DNA from: an uncultured delta proteobacterium
Lineage (GTDB): Bacteria > Desulfobacterota > Binatia > Binatales > Binataceae
DNA length: 64,000 bases
Assembly: GCA_963794325.1 (NCBI GenBank)
Contig: CAWCDG010000004.1
Coordinates: forward strand, 1,703,972 to 1,767,971
Direction: 5' to 3'
Shown here: piece by piece, positions 9,866 through 19,183 of the stretch
Numbering within the stretch: the stretch's first letter is position 1
Layout: each line of letters starts with the position of its first letter
The notes under the pieces: model-generated
Databases searched by the model: none
Seen by the model: only the letters and a program-made list of their open reading frames with translations
Told to the model about the DNA's origin: nothing
Program-made: the position numbers and the translations under genes

Positions 9866-10315
9866 TCAACTTCCACCACCGGAGGGGTTGTTGGCTAATT
9901 GCGCGCCGGTCACCCGCTTGGCCGCGATTGCAATTTGTTCGGCGCCGGCTTGTTTGGCGATTCCGAGAATCCGCACCATGTCGCCGAGCAGCACTTTGCG
10001 ATCGCCCTGGAAGACGACGATCTTCTGATCGACCTTGGCCAGCGCCTCGCTCAAGGCGGACTTGAGTTCGCGCTCGGGCACGTCCTTCGAGTTCACGAAC
10101 AGCTCGTGCTGTGCGGTGTAGGTTACGATGACGCCCTTGTTTTCGGGCGCGGTGTTGGTTGCGTTAGGCAGATCGACGTGTGCGGCGGACTCGATGGTGA
10201 CGGAAGTCGTCACCATGAAGATGATCAGCAGAACCAGGAAGATGTCGGTCAGCGGCGTGATATTGATGTCGGCGAATACCCCGCCTTCGCTGCCATGAGG
10301 TCCGCTAATTGCCAC
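9866..10315 (-). CDS. exbD: Biopolymer transport protein ExbD/TolR
   Basis: Same ExbD signature (GGVFADINITPLTDIFLVLLIIFMV). Confidence 0.85.
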   Translation of the reverse strand: MAISGPHGSEGGVFADINITPLTDIFLVLLIIFMVTTSVTIESAAHVDLPNATNTAPENKGVIVTYTAQHELFVNSKDVPERELKSALSEALAKVDQKIVVFQGDRKVLLGDMVRILGIAKQAGAEQIAIAAKRVTGAQLANNPSGGGS

Positions 10316-10946
10316 GCGCTTGTCTCCCTTGGAGTGCGGCGTCGATCAGACGGTCGTCGTTGATGTGCTGGATCGCGCTGATGTTCTCAACCTTGACCGA
10401 AAAATAGTTGTAGAAAATAACCGCGACGATCGCGACCGCGAGTCCGAGCGCAGTCGAAATCAATGCTTCCGAAATACCGGCCGCGACGACCGAGAAACCG
10501 CCGGTACCCATGATTGCCATCGACTGGAACGCCACCAGAATACCGACGACCGTGCCGAACAGCCCGATGAACGGTGCCGATGCGCCCGCAGTCGCGAGTA
10601 CCCAGATGTAGCGCTTGAACTCGAGGCCTTCCTGATAGCGCCGCTCGTCGTCGAGCTCGAGCAGATGGTCGCGGTCCATCGTCTGCGCGCCCGAAATCAG
10701 CGTGTGGAAGATACGCTCGGCCGCCGTCGCGCGAGCCTGCGTCGCTTGCAGTGCTTCGTTGAACTTGCCCTGACGCAGTTGCGGGATCAGGCCGTCGGCC
10801 AGCTTGGCCGTTCTCGGTCCTACGCCCCATAGCGCCCACACGCGCTCGAAAATGATTGCGAGGCATACGACCGAAATGAAGAGCAGGGGATACGTCGCAT
10901 AGTATCCCTGCTGGATCATACCCAGAATTCCGAATTGGCTTTGCAT
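10305..10946 (-). CDS. exbB: MotA/TolQ/ExbB proton channel protein
   Basis: Three-TM MotA/TolQ/ExbB family motifs (GLFGTVVGILVAFQSMA ... GISEALISTALGLAVAIVAVIFYNYF). Confidence 0.85.
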   Translation of the reverse strand: MQSQFGILGMIQQGYYATYPLLFISVVCLAIIFERVWALWGVGPRTAKLADGLIPQLRQGKFNEALQATQARATAAERIFHTLISGAQTMDRDHLLELDDERRYQEGLEFKRYIWVLATAGASAPFIGLFGTVVGILVAFQSMAIMGTGGFSVVAAGISEALISTALGLAVAIVAVIFYNYFSVKVENISAIQHINDDRLIDAALQGRQARGN

Positions 10947-11449
10947 CTCTTATCCTCTCAAGATTGATATAGATTGAGCGGCGAAAATTTGGCCCCGCCC
11001 GAACCGTTGCGATAACTGCCCCAAAATGCCTCTACGGTCGTCCCTGACCCGGTCGCTAGTCCAATTTTTACGAAATTGGATTCCCACCAGCCGGTCAAAG
11101 CTACCGATGGCGCGGAAAGTCTGAATGCAACAATGGAAAGTATTTGTCAAGAGTCGCTGCGCGGAAGCAAAAATTTTGACCCCTCGGTCCACGATTGCGA
11201 ATGGCATTTGGCGGCTTCCCACGCCGTGCCACGTTGCAATCCTCGCGCCCCCTCGGCTAGCGAGGTCGGGCTACCATTTAAATCTAGTCTTGTTGCCATG
11301 CTTGCGACTAGCCTAAACGGGGTGGCCGGCGGTACGACGCGCACTGCTCCTCGCCTTGACTACTCGCCCACTCTCGTCTATCCAGAAGCTTGCCACAGCA
11401 TGCTTGCAGCAGGGTTTGACCGCGATGCGGTCTTTGTTTTTTTGGGCGA

Positions 11450-12070
11450 TTGAAGCTTTTGAGAAATCTGCAGCCACTACCTAATCAGACGTTGAACAGG
11501 CCCGCTCTCTTCATATGTGCGGCGCTGCTAGGCGCGTGCTTACTAGGATTCGCAGCCTGCAAAGCGACGCCAGTAGCGGCTCCCATCGCGCCCCCGCCTG
11601 TGCAAGCCGCCACCGGCCCCACCGACGAGGCCAGCCAGGCGTTGCCGAAAGATCTGTACCCCTCTATGCCCATCTATCCGGGCGCCAAGATCGAGCACGT
11701 CCGCAAGCCCAAGGGTGCGATGCGCGAAATCATGTTCAGCTCGGACGCCCAGATGCAGCAGATGGTCGCCTACTACAAGGAGCAGCTGAAGAAGAACGAC
11801 TTTCACATCACGTCGTCGCTCATCATGCCGGCACGCAAAACGTGGTCATGCGACTTCCATTACAACGGGCGCCCCGGCAGCATCATGCTCTATCCGAGCG
11901 ATCAGGATAAGACGAAAATGACGATCGATCTCATCTACGAGCTGCCCGCGCACGTGGATGAATCGCTGATGGAACCCAAGGAAGAATTCGATATAGAAGG
12001 ACCGGGCGAACTGGCCCAGCAGGCACCGAGTACAAATCCAAATCCAAGCGAGAAGGCAAAGAGGAACTAG
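11450..12070 (+). CDS. Hypothetical lipoprotein
   Basis: Signal peptide with lipobox (LLGFAAC). No recognisable domain. The start codon is uncertain (TTG at 11450). Confidence 0.45.
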   Translation: MKLLRNLQPLPNQTLNRPALFICAALLGACLLGFAACKATPVAAPIAPPPVQAATGPTDEASQALPKDLYPSMPIYPGAKIEHVRKPKGAMREIMFSSDAQMQQMVAYYKEQLKKNDFHITSSLIMPARKTWSCDFHYNGRPGSIMLYPSDQDKTKMTIDLIYELPAHVDESLMEPKEEFDIEGPGELAQQAPSTNPNPSEKAKRN

Positions 12071-12074
12071 TTAG

Positions 12075-13007
12075 ATGGCACTACTGACAGGCAAAGTTGC
12101 GGTAATCACCGGCGCCGGCCGCGGCATCGGGCGCGAAGAGGCGTTGTTGCTGGCGAAGCACGGCGCCAAGGTCGTCGTGAACGATCTCGGCGGACACTTC
12201 GACGGCACCGGGCAATCGCGCTCCCCGGCCGAGGACGTCGTCAAGGAAATCCGCTCGGCGGGCGGCGAGGCGGTCGCCAACTTCGAGAGCGTCACCGATT
12301 TCAAGGCGGCCAAGCGCATCATCGATTGCGCAATCGATAACTTCGGCAAGCTCAACATCGTGGTGAACAACGCCGGCATCCTGCGCGACCGCATGATCTT
12401 CAACATGAGCGAAGAGGACTGGGACGCCGTCGTCACCGTCCATCTGAAGGGATCGTTCAACGTCGCGCGCCACGCGACCGCGTACTGGCGCGAGCAGCAC
12501 AAGGCCGGCAACGTGCTCAACGGCCGGCTCATCAACACCAGCTCCGACTCGGGCATCCTGGGCAATGCGGGACAGAGCAACTACGGCGCTGCGAAAGCGG
12601 CAGTGGCTGCGATGGCGATAATCGTGGACCGCGAGATGAGCCGCTACGGCGTCACCGCCAATGCGATCGCGCCGGTCGCGCGCACTCGGCTGACAGTCGA
12701 TGCGACTCCGCAGACCGCCGCCGGCATGGCGAAGAAAGAAGGTGAGTGGGACGCGTTCACGCCTGCGCACGTCGCGCCGCTGGTTGCGTGGCTCGGCAGC
12801 GACGACGCCAAAGACGTTCACGGCGAAGTCTTCCGCGTCGGCCTGGGCAACGTGTGGCTGATGCGCGGATGGCACACCGGCGCCAAGGTATCGAAGAAGG
12901 GCTCGATGTGGGAGCCGGCCGAACTTGGCACGAAGCTCAAGGAAGAGCTCGCCAAGGGCGTGACCAAGAAGGAGAGCATGGGCGAGGTGATGGGCGGGGG
13001 CGTGTAG
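12075..13007 (+). CDS. SDR family NAD(P)-dependent oxidoreductase (3-hydroxyacyl-CoA dehydrogenase / MFE-2-like SDR)
   Basis: TGAGRGIG Rossmann motif, NNAG motif, catalytic Ser and YxxxK pattern. Confidence 0.85.
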   Translation: MALLTGKVAVITGAGRGIGREEALLLAKHGAKVVVNDLGGHFDGTGQSRSPAEDVVKEIRSAGGEAVANFESVTDFKAAKRIIDCAIDNFGKLNIVVNNAGILRDRMIFNMSEEDWDAVVTVHLKGSFNVARHATAYWREQHKAGNVLNGRLINTSSDSGILGNAGQSNYGAAKAAVAAMAIIVDREMSRYGVTANAIAPVARTRLTVDATPQTAAGMAKKEGEWDAFTPAHVAPLVAWLGSDDAKDVHGEVFRVGLGNVWLMRGWHTGAKVSKKGSMWEPAELGTKLKEELAKGVTKKESMGEVMGGGV

Positions 13008-13011
13008 ATTT

Positions 13012-13533
13012 TTGACCGCTGGGAAGAAAGCCAAAAGCGCGGCTCCTCGTGAGCCGCGCTTTCGTTCCATCCTGTTTATCTGCGCCGCCAACACCGCGCG
13101 CAGCGTGATGGCCGAGCATATCCTGCGTCGCGAACTCGACGCGCTCGGCTTCGACCACAAGATCGTGATCACGTCCGCGGGCATCGCGCCGTACGCGCGC
13201 GACGGTGCGCTGGTCTCGCTCGATACGCGGATGGCGCTGCGCGAAGTCGGCATCGACATCGGCGACGAAGCGACCTCCACCGATTTGAAGCGTCATCCCG
13301 AGATGCTTGAGCAGACTGATCTCATCATCGCCATGACCGAGCAGCAGGCGCGCGAGCTGGTCGAGCGATTCCCCGGCGCGAAAGAGCGGCCGGTATTCAC
13401 GCTGCGCTCGTTCGCCGGCGAGCAGGGCGATATCGAAGACCCTTACGAGAAGGGCGACCTGGTATTCGCCGAATGCCGCGATGAAATCCACCGACTGGCC
13501 CCGACCATCATCGATCGGCTCTTTCACAACTAG
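13012..13533 (+). CDS. Low-molecular-weight protein tyrosine phosphatase
   Basis: CX5R P-loop (CAANTARS) and a DPY general-acid motif. Confidence 0.85.
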   Translation: MTAGKKAKSAAPREPRFRSILFICAANTARSVMAEHILRRELDALGFDHKIVITSAGIAPYARDGALVSLDTRMALREVGIDIGDEATSTDLKRHPEMLEQTDLIIAMTEQQARELVERFPGAKERPVFTLRSFAGEQGDIEDPYEKGDLVFAECRDEIHRLAPTIIDRLFHN

Positions 13534-13565
13534 CCTCGGCGCACGTCGCGCGCGATTATGCGACT

Positions 13566-13994
13566 ATGGAATTCACCAATCCGCCTGACGCCGAAATTCG
13601 CGCGATCTTGTCGAAGCCGACCACAGTCGCTGTCATCGGATGCTCCGACAATCCGGCGCGCGACTCACTTCGAATCGCGAAATTGCTGAAGGGCCGCGGT
13701 TTCAAGGTGATCCCCGTAAATCCGCAGCTCGACGCCAACGCACTGCGCGCCGCTCTCGGCGAAAAATGCTACCCCGACCTCGCATCGATTCCCGAGTCTG
13801 TCGAGATCGTGGACGTGTTCCGCCGCTCGGAGTTCGTCCCGCAAATCGTCGAGGACGCGATCGCGAAAGGCGCCCGCGTTCTGTGGTGCCAGCTCGGCGT
13901 AATCCACCTCGACGCCGCCCGCCGCGCTAAACAGGCCGGCATGACAGTCTTGATGGACCGATGCCCGGCAATCGAATACGCGCGCCTGTTCTGA
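13566..13994 (+). CDS. CoA-binding domain protein (YccU-like)
   Basis: CoA_binding_2 family pattern (VAVIGCSDNPARDS ... KGRGFKVIPVNP). Confidence 0.8.
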   Translation: MEFTNPPDAEIRAILSKPTTVAVIGCSDNPARDSLRIAKLLKGRGFKVIPVNPQLDANALRAALGEKCYPDLASIPESVEIVDVFRRSEFVPQIVEDAIAKGARVLWCQLGVIHLDAARRAKQAGMTVLMDRCPAIEYARLF

Positions 13995-14012
13995 GGTGCT
14001 TGGGGGAATATT

Positions 14013-14339
14013 ATGACGCGCTGGGAGAGCAGAACCTTCTACGTGTACATCATGGGCAGCAAGTTTGGTGTTCTGTATATCGGGGTCACAAATAATTTGG
14101 AGCGGCGCGTGAGTGAGCATCGCAAAGGACTGATTCCCGGATTTACGAAGAAGTATCGTGTCCGGCGGCTCTTATATTTCGAACAGTTCGAAAGAGCGGT
14201 GGATGCAATCACTCGTGAGAAACAGCTCAAAGGATGGAAGCGGGCAAGAAAGCTCGATCTGATCCATTCGATGAACCTTGAGATGGTCGATCTTAGCGCG
14301 TGCTGGAGCACGCGAGATTCTTCGCTGCGCTCAGAATGA
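14013..14339 (+). CDS. GIY-YIG nuclease family protein (small, stand-alone)
   Basis: FYVYIMGSKFGVLYIGVTNNLERRVSEH GIY-YIG motif. The C-terminal residues are encoded by the left arm of a MITE-like hairpin repeat. Confidence 0.8.
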   Translation: MTRWESRTFYVYIMGSKFGVLYIGVTNNLERRVSEHRKGLIPGFTKKYRVRRLLYFEQFERAVDAITREKQLKGWKRARKLDLIHSMNLEMVDLSACWSTRDSSLRSE

Positions 14340-14426
14340 CGGAAGTTATGATGTTCCACGAAATTTCTTTTTTCTGTCTTCGTTTTATCCGTCATCCTGA
14401 GCGGAGTCTGCGCAGCGAAGGATCTC
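14314..14426. repeat. MITE-like hairpin element (GTCATCCTGAGCG..GCGAAGGATCTC family), copy 1
   Basis: Left arm gagattcttcgctgcgctcagaatgac (14314-14340) and right arm gtcatcctgagcggagtctgcgcagcgaaggatctc (14391-14426) form an inverted repeat around a ~50-nt spacer. Confidence 0.6.
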
Positions 14427-14490
14427 GTCCGCCGCGCAGCGGCGGCGCCGTTGGATTCAACCGACGAGCTGGAATCGGCGGAGGTCGCAC

Positions 14491-15672
14491 ATGCGAATAA
14501 TCGTGATCGGCGCCGGAATCGGCGGACTCGCCGCGGCACTCACGCTTCGACGCGCTGGTCTCGATGTTCAGGTCTTCGAGCAGGCCGCCGAATTGCGCGA
14601 GGTCGGCGCCGGCATCCAGATAAGTCCCAACGCGTCGCGAATCCTACATCGTCTCGGACTCGAGGAGCCGATGAGCCGCATGGGAGTGAGGCCGCACGCG
14701 GTTGTCGTCCGGCGATGGGACGACGGGCGCGAGCTAACCCGGCAGCCTCTCGCCGACGCATACGAACGTAACTTTGGCGCGCCCTACTACAACTTCCATC
14801 GCGCCGATCTGCTCGATCTTCTATCAGCGGCCGTGCCCAAAGCGATGCTGCACCTGGACCATCGATGCGTCGGACTGACCCAGCGTGCGGACCGCGTCGA
14901 GGTGCAATTCCATAACGGCGCGACCGCTGATGCCGACGTTGTCGTCGGCGCCGACGGCATTCACTCGACGGTGCGCAAAGCCATCATGGGCCCGGAGTCG
15001 CCGCGATTTTCGGGACACGTGGCGTATCGCGGGCTGGTTCCCGCGGATCGGATAGCGCACCTGGGGATGGAGCTTGCGGTCGCCGCATGGTGGGGGCCGG
15101 AGCATCATTTCGTCCACTACTATGTCGGCGCCGGCGCCCGTTACCACAATTGGGTCGCGGTCACTCCCGGCGAATGGCGCGTCGAGTCGTGGACGGCCAA
15201 AGGCGAGGTGGCAGACGCGCTCAAGGAGTTTGATGGATGGCATCCGCGGGTCCGCGAGATCATCGGCGCGGTCGAGACCACCAATCGTTGGGCGCTCTAC
15301 GACCGCGACCCCCTTCCGCGATGGACCGTCGGGCGTGTCACGCTGATGGGCGATGCGGCGCATCCGATGCTCCCCTACATGGCGCAAGGCGCGGTGCAAT
15401 CGATCGAGGACGCCGCGGTGCTGGCGAAATGTCTCGAGCGCGCCGATGCGCACGATGTGGACGCGGCGCTCCAGCGCTACGAACAGACGCGCAAGCCGCG
15501 CGCATCGCGATGCCAGGAGGGATCGCGCCGCAACGGCATCATGAACCACCTCGCCGACGGCGAAGAGCAACGAAAGCGCGATGCCAACCTGGCCTCGGCC
15601 GCCACCGCTCCGCTGCCTCAGAACGCGTGGCTTTACGGTCACGACGTCGAAGCCGAATTCGAGCAAAAGTGA
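14491..15672 (+). CDS. FAD-dependent monooxygenase (salicylate/3-hydroxybenzoate hydroxylase-like)
   Basis: GxGxxG FAD motif (MRIIVIGAGIGGLAAAL), the GADGIHS motif and a DAAH C-terminal motif. Confidence 0.85.
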   Translation: MRIIVIGAGIGGLAAALTLRRAGLDVQVFEQAAELREVGAGIQISPNASRILHRLGLEEPMSRMGVRPHAVVVRRWDDGRELTRQPLADAYERNFGAPYYNFHRADLLDLLSAAVPKAMLHLDHRCVGLTQRADRVEVQFHNGATADADVVVGADGIHSTVRKAIMGPESPRFSGHVAYRGLVPADRIAHLGMELAVAAWWGPEHHFVHYYVGAGARYHNWVAVTPGEWRVESWTAKGEVADALKEFDGWHPRVREIIGAVETTNRWALYDRDPLPRWTVGRVTLMGDAAHPMLPYMAQGAVQSIEDAAVLAKCLERADAHDVDAALQRYEQTRKPRASRCQEGSRRNGIMNHLADGEEQRKRDANLASAATAPLPQNAWLYGHDVEAEFEQK

Positions 15673-15694
15673 AATCCGTGGGCGTCGCTGTCAG

Positions 15695-16261
15695 ATGAAG
15701 CCGCGCAAATGGAAGACGCTCAGGAGCGACGTCGCGTACAGCACGCCGATTTTCGATTTGCATCGGCGGCGCTCGACGCACGCGCGGCGCGGCGAGCGCG
15801 ACTTCTTCATCCTCGATGCGCCCAACTGGGTGAATATCATCCCGCTGGCGAAAAACGGCGACGTCGTGATGATTCGGCAATGGCGTCACGGCATCTCGGA
15901 GTTCACGCTCGAGGTGCCGGGCGGAATGGTCGATCCCGAGGATTCGTCGCCATTGCATGCCGCGCGTCGCGAGATGGTCGAGGAGACCGGCTTCGATTCA
16001 GACAAGATCGTCGCACTCGGCAAGGTGCATCCGAATCCCGCAATCCAGGGCAACATCTGCTTCTCCTTCCTCGCCGAGAACGTGCACGAAGTTTCGCGTG
16101 TGGTGTCGCAAGGCGACGAAGAGACCGAGGTCGTGATGGTCCCGATGCGCGAAATACCCATCCTGATTGCGTCGGGCGATATAATGCATGCGCTGACGAT
16201 CGCCGCATTTTCATTCCTGCACGTCTATAACCCCCCGCCAAAGCGCCGCCGCAAAAAGTAG
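15695..16261 (+). CDS. NUDIX hydrolase
   Basis: ORF 15581..16261; internal ATG at 15695. Nudix box GGMVDPEDSSPLHAARREMVEETG. Confidence 0.8.
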   Translation: MKPRKWKTLRSDVAYSTPIFDLHRRRSTHARRGERDFFILDAPNWVNIIPLAKNGDVVMIRQWRHGISEFTLEVPGGMVDPEDSSPLHAARREMVEETGFDSDKIVALGKVHPNPAIQGNICFSFLAENVHEVSRVVSQGDEETEVVMVPMREIPILIASGDIMHALTIAAFSFLHVYNPPPKRRRKK

Positions 16262-16276
16262 TTTTCCAATAACTCT

Positions 16277-16320
16277 GGTTCCCCTTCCCGCTCGGGAAGG
16301 GGTTAGGGGTTAGGTTCCCC
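16277..16320. repeat. Intergenic hairpin repeat (GGTTCCCCTTCCCGCTCGGGAAGGGGTTAGGGGTTAGG family)
   Basis: Exact or near-exact copies at 26596-26645, 32688-32730 and 57058-57100. Confidence 0.6.
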
Positions 16321-16413
16321 GATTCCACCACCGCGCGAATGATTGCCGTCGCATAAGAAACCTCTGCAAGAAAATTCGGCGGCCGCGTTCAAAGAGTCGA
16401 GAGGGACGACTCG

Positions 16414-17318
16414 ATGGACGCATTCAGCTCGAAGCTCAAGCACTGGACTGGCTCATTCGCCGATCCCCGCCTGTTTCAGATTTTCTCGCTGGGCATCTTG
16501 CTCGCCGCCGGTGCGTACTTCCGCGATTTCAGCATCCGTCCATCGCAAGTCTTCCTGACCTTCGCCGCCGGCCTGCTGACGCAGACCGCGTGTTGGACGC
16601 TTACCCCGTCGAAGCCGCGCACACTGCGGAGCGTGTCATCACCTGCCTCAGCCTCACTCTGCTGCTGCGCGCTGATAATCTGATCGCGCATCCGATCGCT
16701 GCCGCCGCCGCGATTTTGTCGAAGTCGCTTTTCCGATTTCGCGGCAAGCACCTCTTCAATCCCGCGACCTTCGGCATCATTTTCGCGATCATCTTTCTCC
16801 CCGGCACGTGGGTGTCTCCCGGTCAGTGGGGCCAGGACTTCGCGATTGCTGGATGGGTCGTGATGCTCGGCATGCTGGTGACGAGTCGCGCGCGCCGCGG
16901 CGACATTAGCTGGACGTTCCTCGCGTTCTATCTCGGCGCGCTCGCGCTTCGCGTCGAATACCTCGGACAGCGATTCTATGTCTGGACGCATCAGCTCGAG
17001 AGCGGCGCGTTGCTGCTGTTCGCATTCTTTATGATTTCCGATCCGATGACCGGCCCCGACGATCGCCGCGGCAGAATCGCGCACGCCGCTCTGGTCGCCG
17101 CGATCGCGTACGCGTGGCAGTTCAGGCTCTACCACACCAACGGACTCATCTGGGCTCTGTTTATCGCGGCAGTATGCGTTCCGCTTTGGGACGCGATTTG
17201 GCCCGCGCGCAAATTCGAATGGACACAAAATGGAGGTGGCCATGTTTTATCGACGAATGCGGATTCTCGTTTCGGTGACGTTGACGATCGTCGCGCTTCT
17301 GCTCGCCGCGCCGCATGA
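16414..17318 (+). pseudogene. NqrB/RnfD-like polytopic membrane protein, split by a single-base frameshift near 16588
   Basis: ORFs 16414..16683 and 16590..17318 are in different frames and read as one membrane protein. It carries a C-terminal LLFAFFMISDPMTGP motif resembling the NqrB/RnfD family. The shift is within a short base run, so a sequencing indel is possible. Confidence 0.5.
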
Positions 17319-18642
17319 TGCGCGCGCGTTCTGCGGGTTCTACGTCGGCAAGGCTGACGGCGCGCTGGTCAATCACGCGTCGCAAGTCGTGATCGCGCAT
17401 CATGACGACAAGACCGTCATCAGCCTGATGAACGACTACCAGGGCGAGCCGTCGAATTTCGCGCTGGTGGTGCCGGTCCCGGTCGTGCTGCAGAAGGGAC
17501 AGGTGCATATCGGCGATCGCGAATTGTTCCAGAAGATCGACGCATACAGTTCGCCGCGCCTGGTCGAGTACTACGATCCTGATCCGTGCCAGCTGATGAT
17601 GCCGATGGCGGCGGCCGGCGGCGCGATGATGATGCATAGAGAGGCGAACGAATCGAGTCAGCCCGAAGCCAAGACTCTCGGCGTCAAGATCGAGGCGGAA
17701 TACACCGTCGGCGAATACGACATCGTGATTCTGTCGGCCAGGGAATCGACGGGCCTGCAGACCTGGCTGCAGCTTAACGGTTACAAGGTTCCGCTCGGCG
17801 CCGACCGGGCGCTCGAGCCGTACATTCGCAGCGATATGAAGTTCTTCGTCGCGAAGGTCAATATTGCCGAGCACAATCGCACTGGGCTGACCTACCTGCG
17901 GCCGCTGCAGTTCGCCTTCGAATCGCCAAAGTTCATGCTGCCGATTCGCCTCGGGATGATTAACTCGCAAGGCCCGCAGGACCTCGTCATCTACATGCTC
18001 ACCGAAAACGGCCGGGTCGAGACCACCAACTATCGCACCGTGAAATTGCCGACCGGCATGGACCTCCCCGAGTACGTGCGTGGCGAGTTCGGCGACTTTT
18101 ACAAGGCGATGTTCGAAGAGCAGGTCAAGCGCAACGACATGCGCGCCGTGTTCACCGAATACGTTTGGAACATGGGATGGTGCGATCCGTGCGCGGGGCC
18201 GCCGTTGTCGCGCGACGAGTTGAAAAGTCTCGGCGTGTTCTGGCTTGACGATCAGCCGGGCGGAGCGGCCCCGATGTACCGGCGTCCCGGCGGAGCGATG
18301 ATGCCGTATCCGCAGCCGATGAATGGTGCGACGCCGGTGACGCTCACGCGCCTCCATGTCCGCTACAGCGCCGACACATTCCCCGAAGATTTGATTTTTC
18401 AGGAGACGCAGGATCAGGAGAATTTCCAGGCGCGCTACGTGCTGCATCGTCCATGGGACGGCTCGCCCACCGCATGCGAGGGCGCCCGCAACTATTTCGA
18501 AGAATTGAACAAGCGCAAAGCGCAGGAGGCCGAAACCTTGGCCGATCTGACGGGATGGAATCTGCAGGATGTAATCAGGAAGGCGGGCCTGCCGCCGGAA
18601 TCGCAGCCAAAGCCATGGTGGCAGGGCATCTGGGGCTCGTGA
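17242..18642 (+). CDS. Secreted DUF2330-like protein
   Basis: Signal peptide followed by FCGFYVGKADGALVNHASQVVIAHHDDKTVISLMNDYQGEP and the internal NWGWCDPCAGPP motif. Family assignment from memory only. Confidence 0.5.
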   Translation: MFYRRMRILVSVTLTIVALLLAAPHDARAFCGFYVGKADGALVNHASQVVIAHHDDKTVISLMNDYQGEPSNFALVVPVPVVLQKGQVHIGDRELFQKIDAYSSPRLVEYYDPDPCQLMMPMAAAGGAMMMHREANESSQPEAKTLGVKIEAEYTVGEYDIVILSARESTGLQTWLQLNGYKVPLGADRALEPYIRSDMKFFVAKVNIAEHNRTGLTYLRPLQFAFESPKFMLPIRLGMINSQGPQDLVIYMLTENGRVETTNYRTVKLPTGMDLPEYVRGEFGDFYKAMFEEQVKRNDMRAVFTEYVWNMGWCDPCAGPPLSRDELKSLGVFWLDDQPGGAAPMYRRPGGAMMPYPQPMNGATPVTLTRLHVRYSADTFPEDLIFQETQDQENFQARYVLHRPWDGSPTACEGARNYFEELNKRKAQEAETLADLTGWNLQDVIRKAGLPPESQPKPWWQGIWGS

Positions 18643-18663
18643 GGATGCGGATGGTGTGGATGG

Positions 18664-18689
18664 CGCGGGGTCGTCATCGACCCCGCGCG
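18664..18689 (+). terminator. GC-rich hairpin 22 nt downstream of the DUF2330-like gene (no U-tract)
   Basis: gcgcggggtcg-tcat-cgaccccgcgc: an 11-bp perfect stem with a 4-nt loop. Confidence 0.3.
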
Positions 18690-18700
18690 CCCGTGGTATC

Positions 18701-18740
18701 GATCCTAACCTCTCCTCGGACAAGAAGAGATTAGGATTCC
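18701..18740. repeat. Short REP-like hairpin repeat, copy 3
   Basis: gatcctaacctctcctcggacaagaagagattaggattcc. Same family as 702-732 and 915-946. Confidence 0.5.
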
Positions 18741-18755
18741 GTCGGCCTGCGTGTC

Positions 18756-18962
18756 TCAGCGCTTCTCGAGCAGCCTGATCAGATTTTCAGTGTACGCCAC
18801 CAAATCTCCGCAGTTCGCGCACTTGACGTTCTGAACTCCGTTCTCCTCGATGTAGATCAGCATCGACTTCCCGCCGCATTTTGAACAAGCCAGGACGTCA
18901 TCAGCGGGATCGATCGGCCTCCGCCGCATCCATCGAGAGATCCGATTTCTGAATTTGTTCAA
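18756..18962 (-). CDS. Small zinc-ribbon protein (68 aa)
   Basis: CSKCGG...CANCGD paired CxxC motifs. No family assigned. Confidence 0.45.
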   Translation of the reverse strand: MNKFRNRISRWMRRRPIDPADDVLACSKCGGKSMLIYIEENGVQNVKCANCGDLVAYTENLIRLLEKR

Positions 18963-19074
18963 GTATGAGAGAATTGTAACATATAGAACAATTCCTCGAA
19001 CCGCCTCGAAACCTGCCGAAATGGTGAATCTGACACAATTGAAGATTAGGCATGAGCTCGCTGACGCCGCTGCA

Positions 19075-19121
19075 TTGACAGATGCCCGAGTGTGCCCTAG
19101 CCTTGCCGGTTTGCTATATTA
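19075..19121 (+). promoter_or_regulatory. Candidate sigma70-type promoter upstream of ffh
   Basis: TTGACA at 19075-19080. An extended -10-like TGcTATATT lies at 19112-19120, about 64 nt upstream of the ffh ATG. The spacing is not ideal, so this is tentative. Confidence 0.25.
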
Positions 19122-19183
19122 TCTAACTCAGCCGGCTGGGCCGAAACTGCTTTCCTCGACCTGCAATACCCGAGTTTTTATTC

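Noticed and set aside
10950-11450. Small ORFs (10950..11222 minus, 11076..11453 plus, 11125..11316 plus) in the 500-bp gap upstream of exbB
   Set aside because: They are short and mutually overlapping, and lack signal or domain features. The region is more likely a regulatory intergenic spacer. It contains a small palindrome tccaattt-ttacg-aaattgga that is not a recognisable Fur box.
12081-13280. 399-aa minus-strand ORF
   Set aside because: It is antisense to a clear SDR oxidoreductase and LMW-PTP. Its product is Arg/Ala-rich low complexity, typical of high-GC antisense frames.
14824-15666. 280-aa minus-strand ORF
   Set aside because: It is antisense to the FAD monooxygenase gene and has no recognisable motifs.
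18963-19183. Possible SRP RNA (ffs) or tRNA in the ffh upstream region
   Set aside because: No conserved SRP RNA helix-8 motif or tRNA cloverleaf features could be recognised by eye. Only a candidate promoter is reported.
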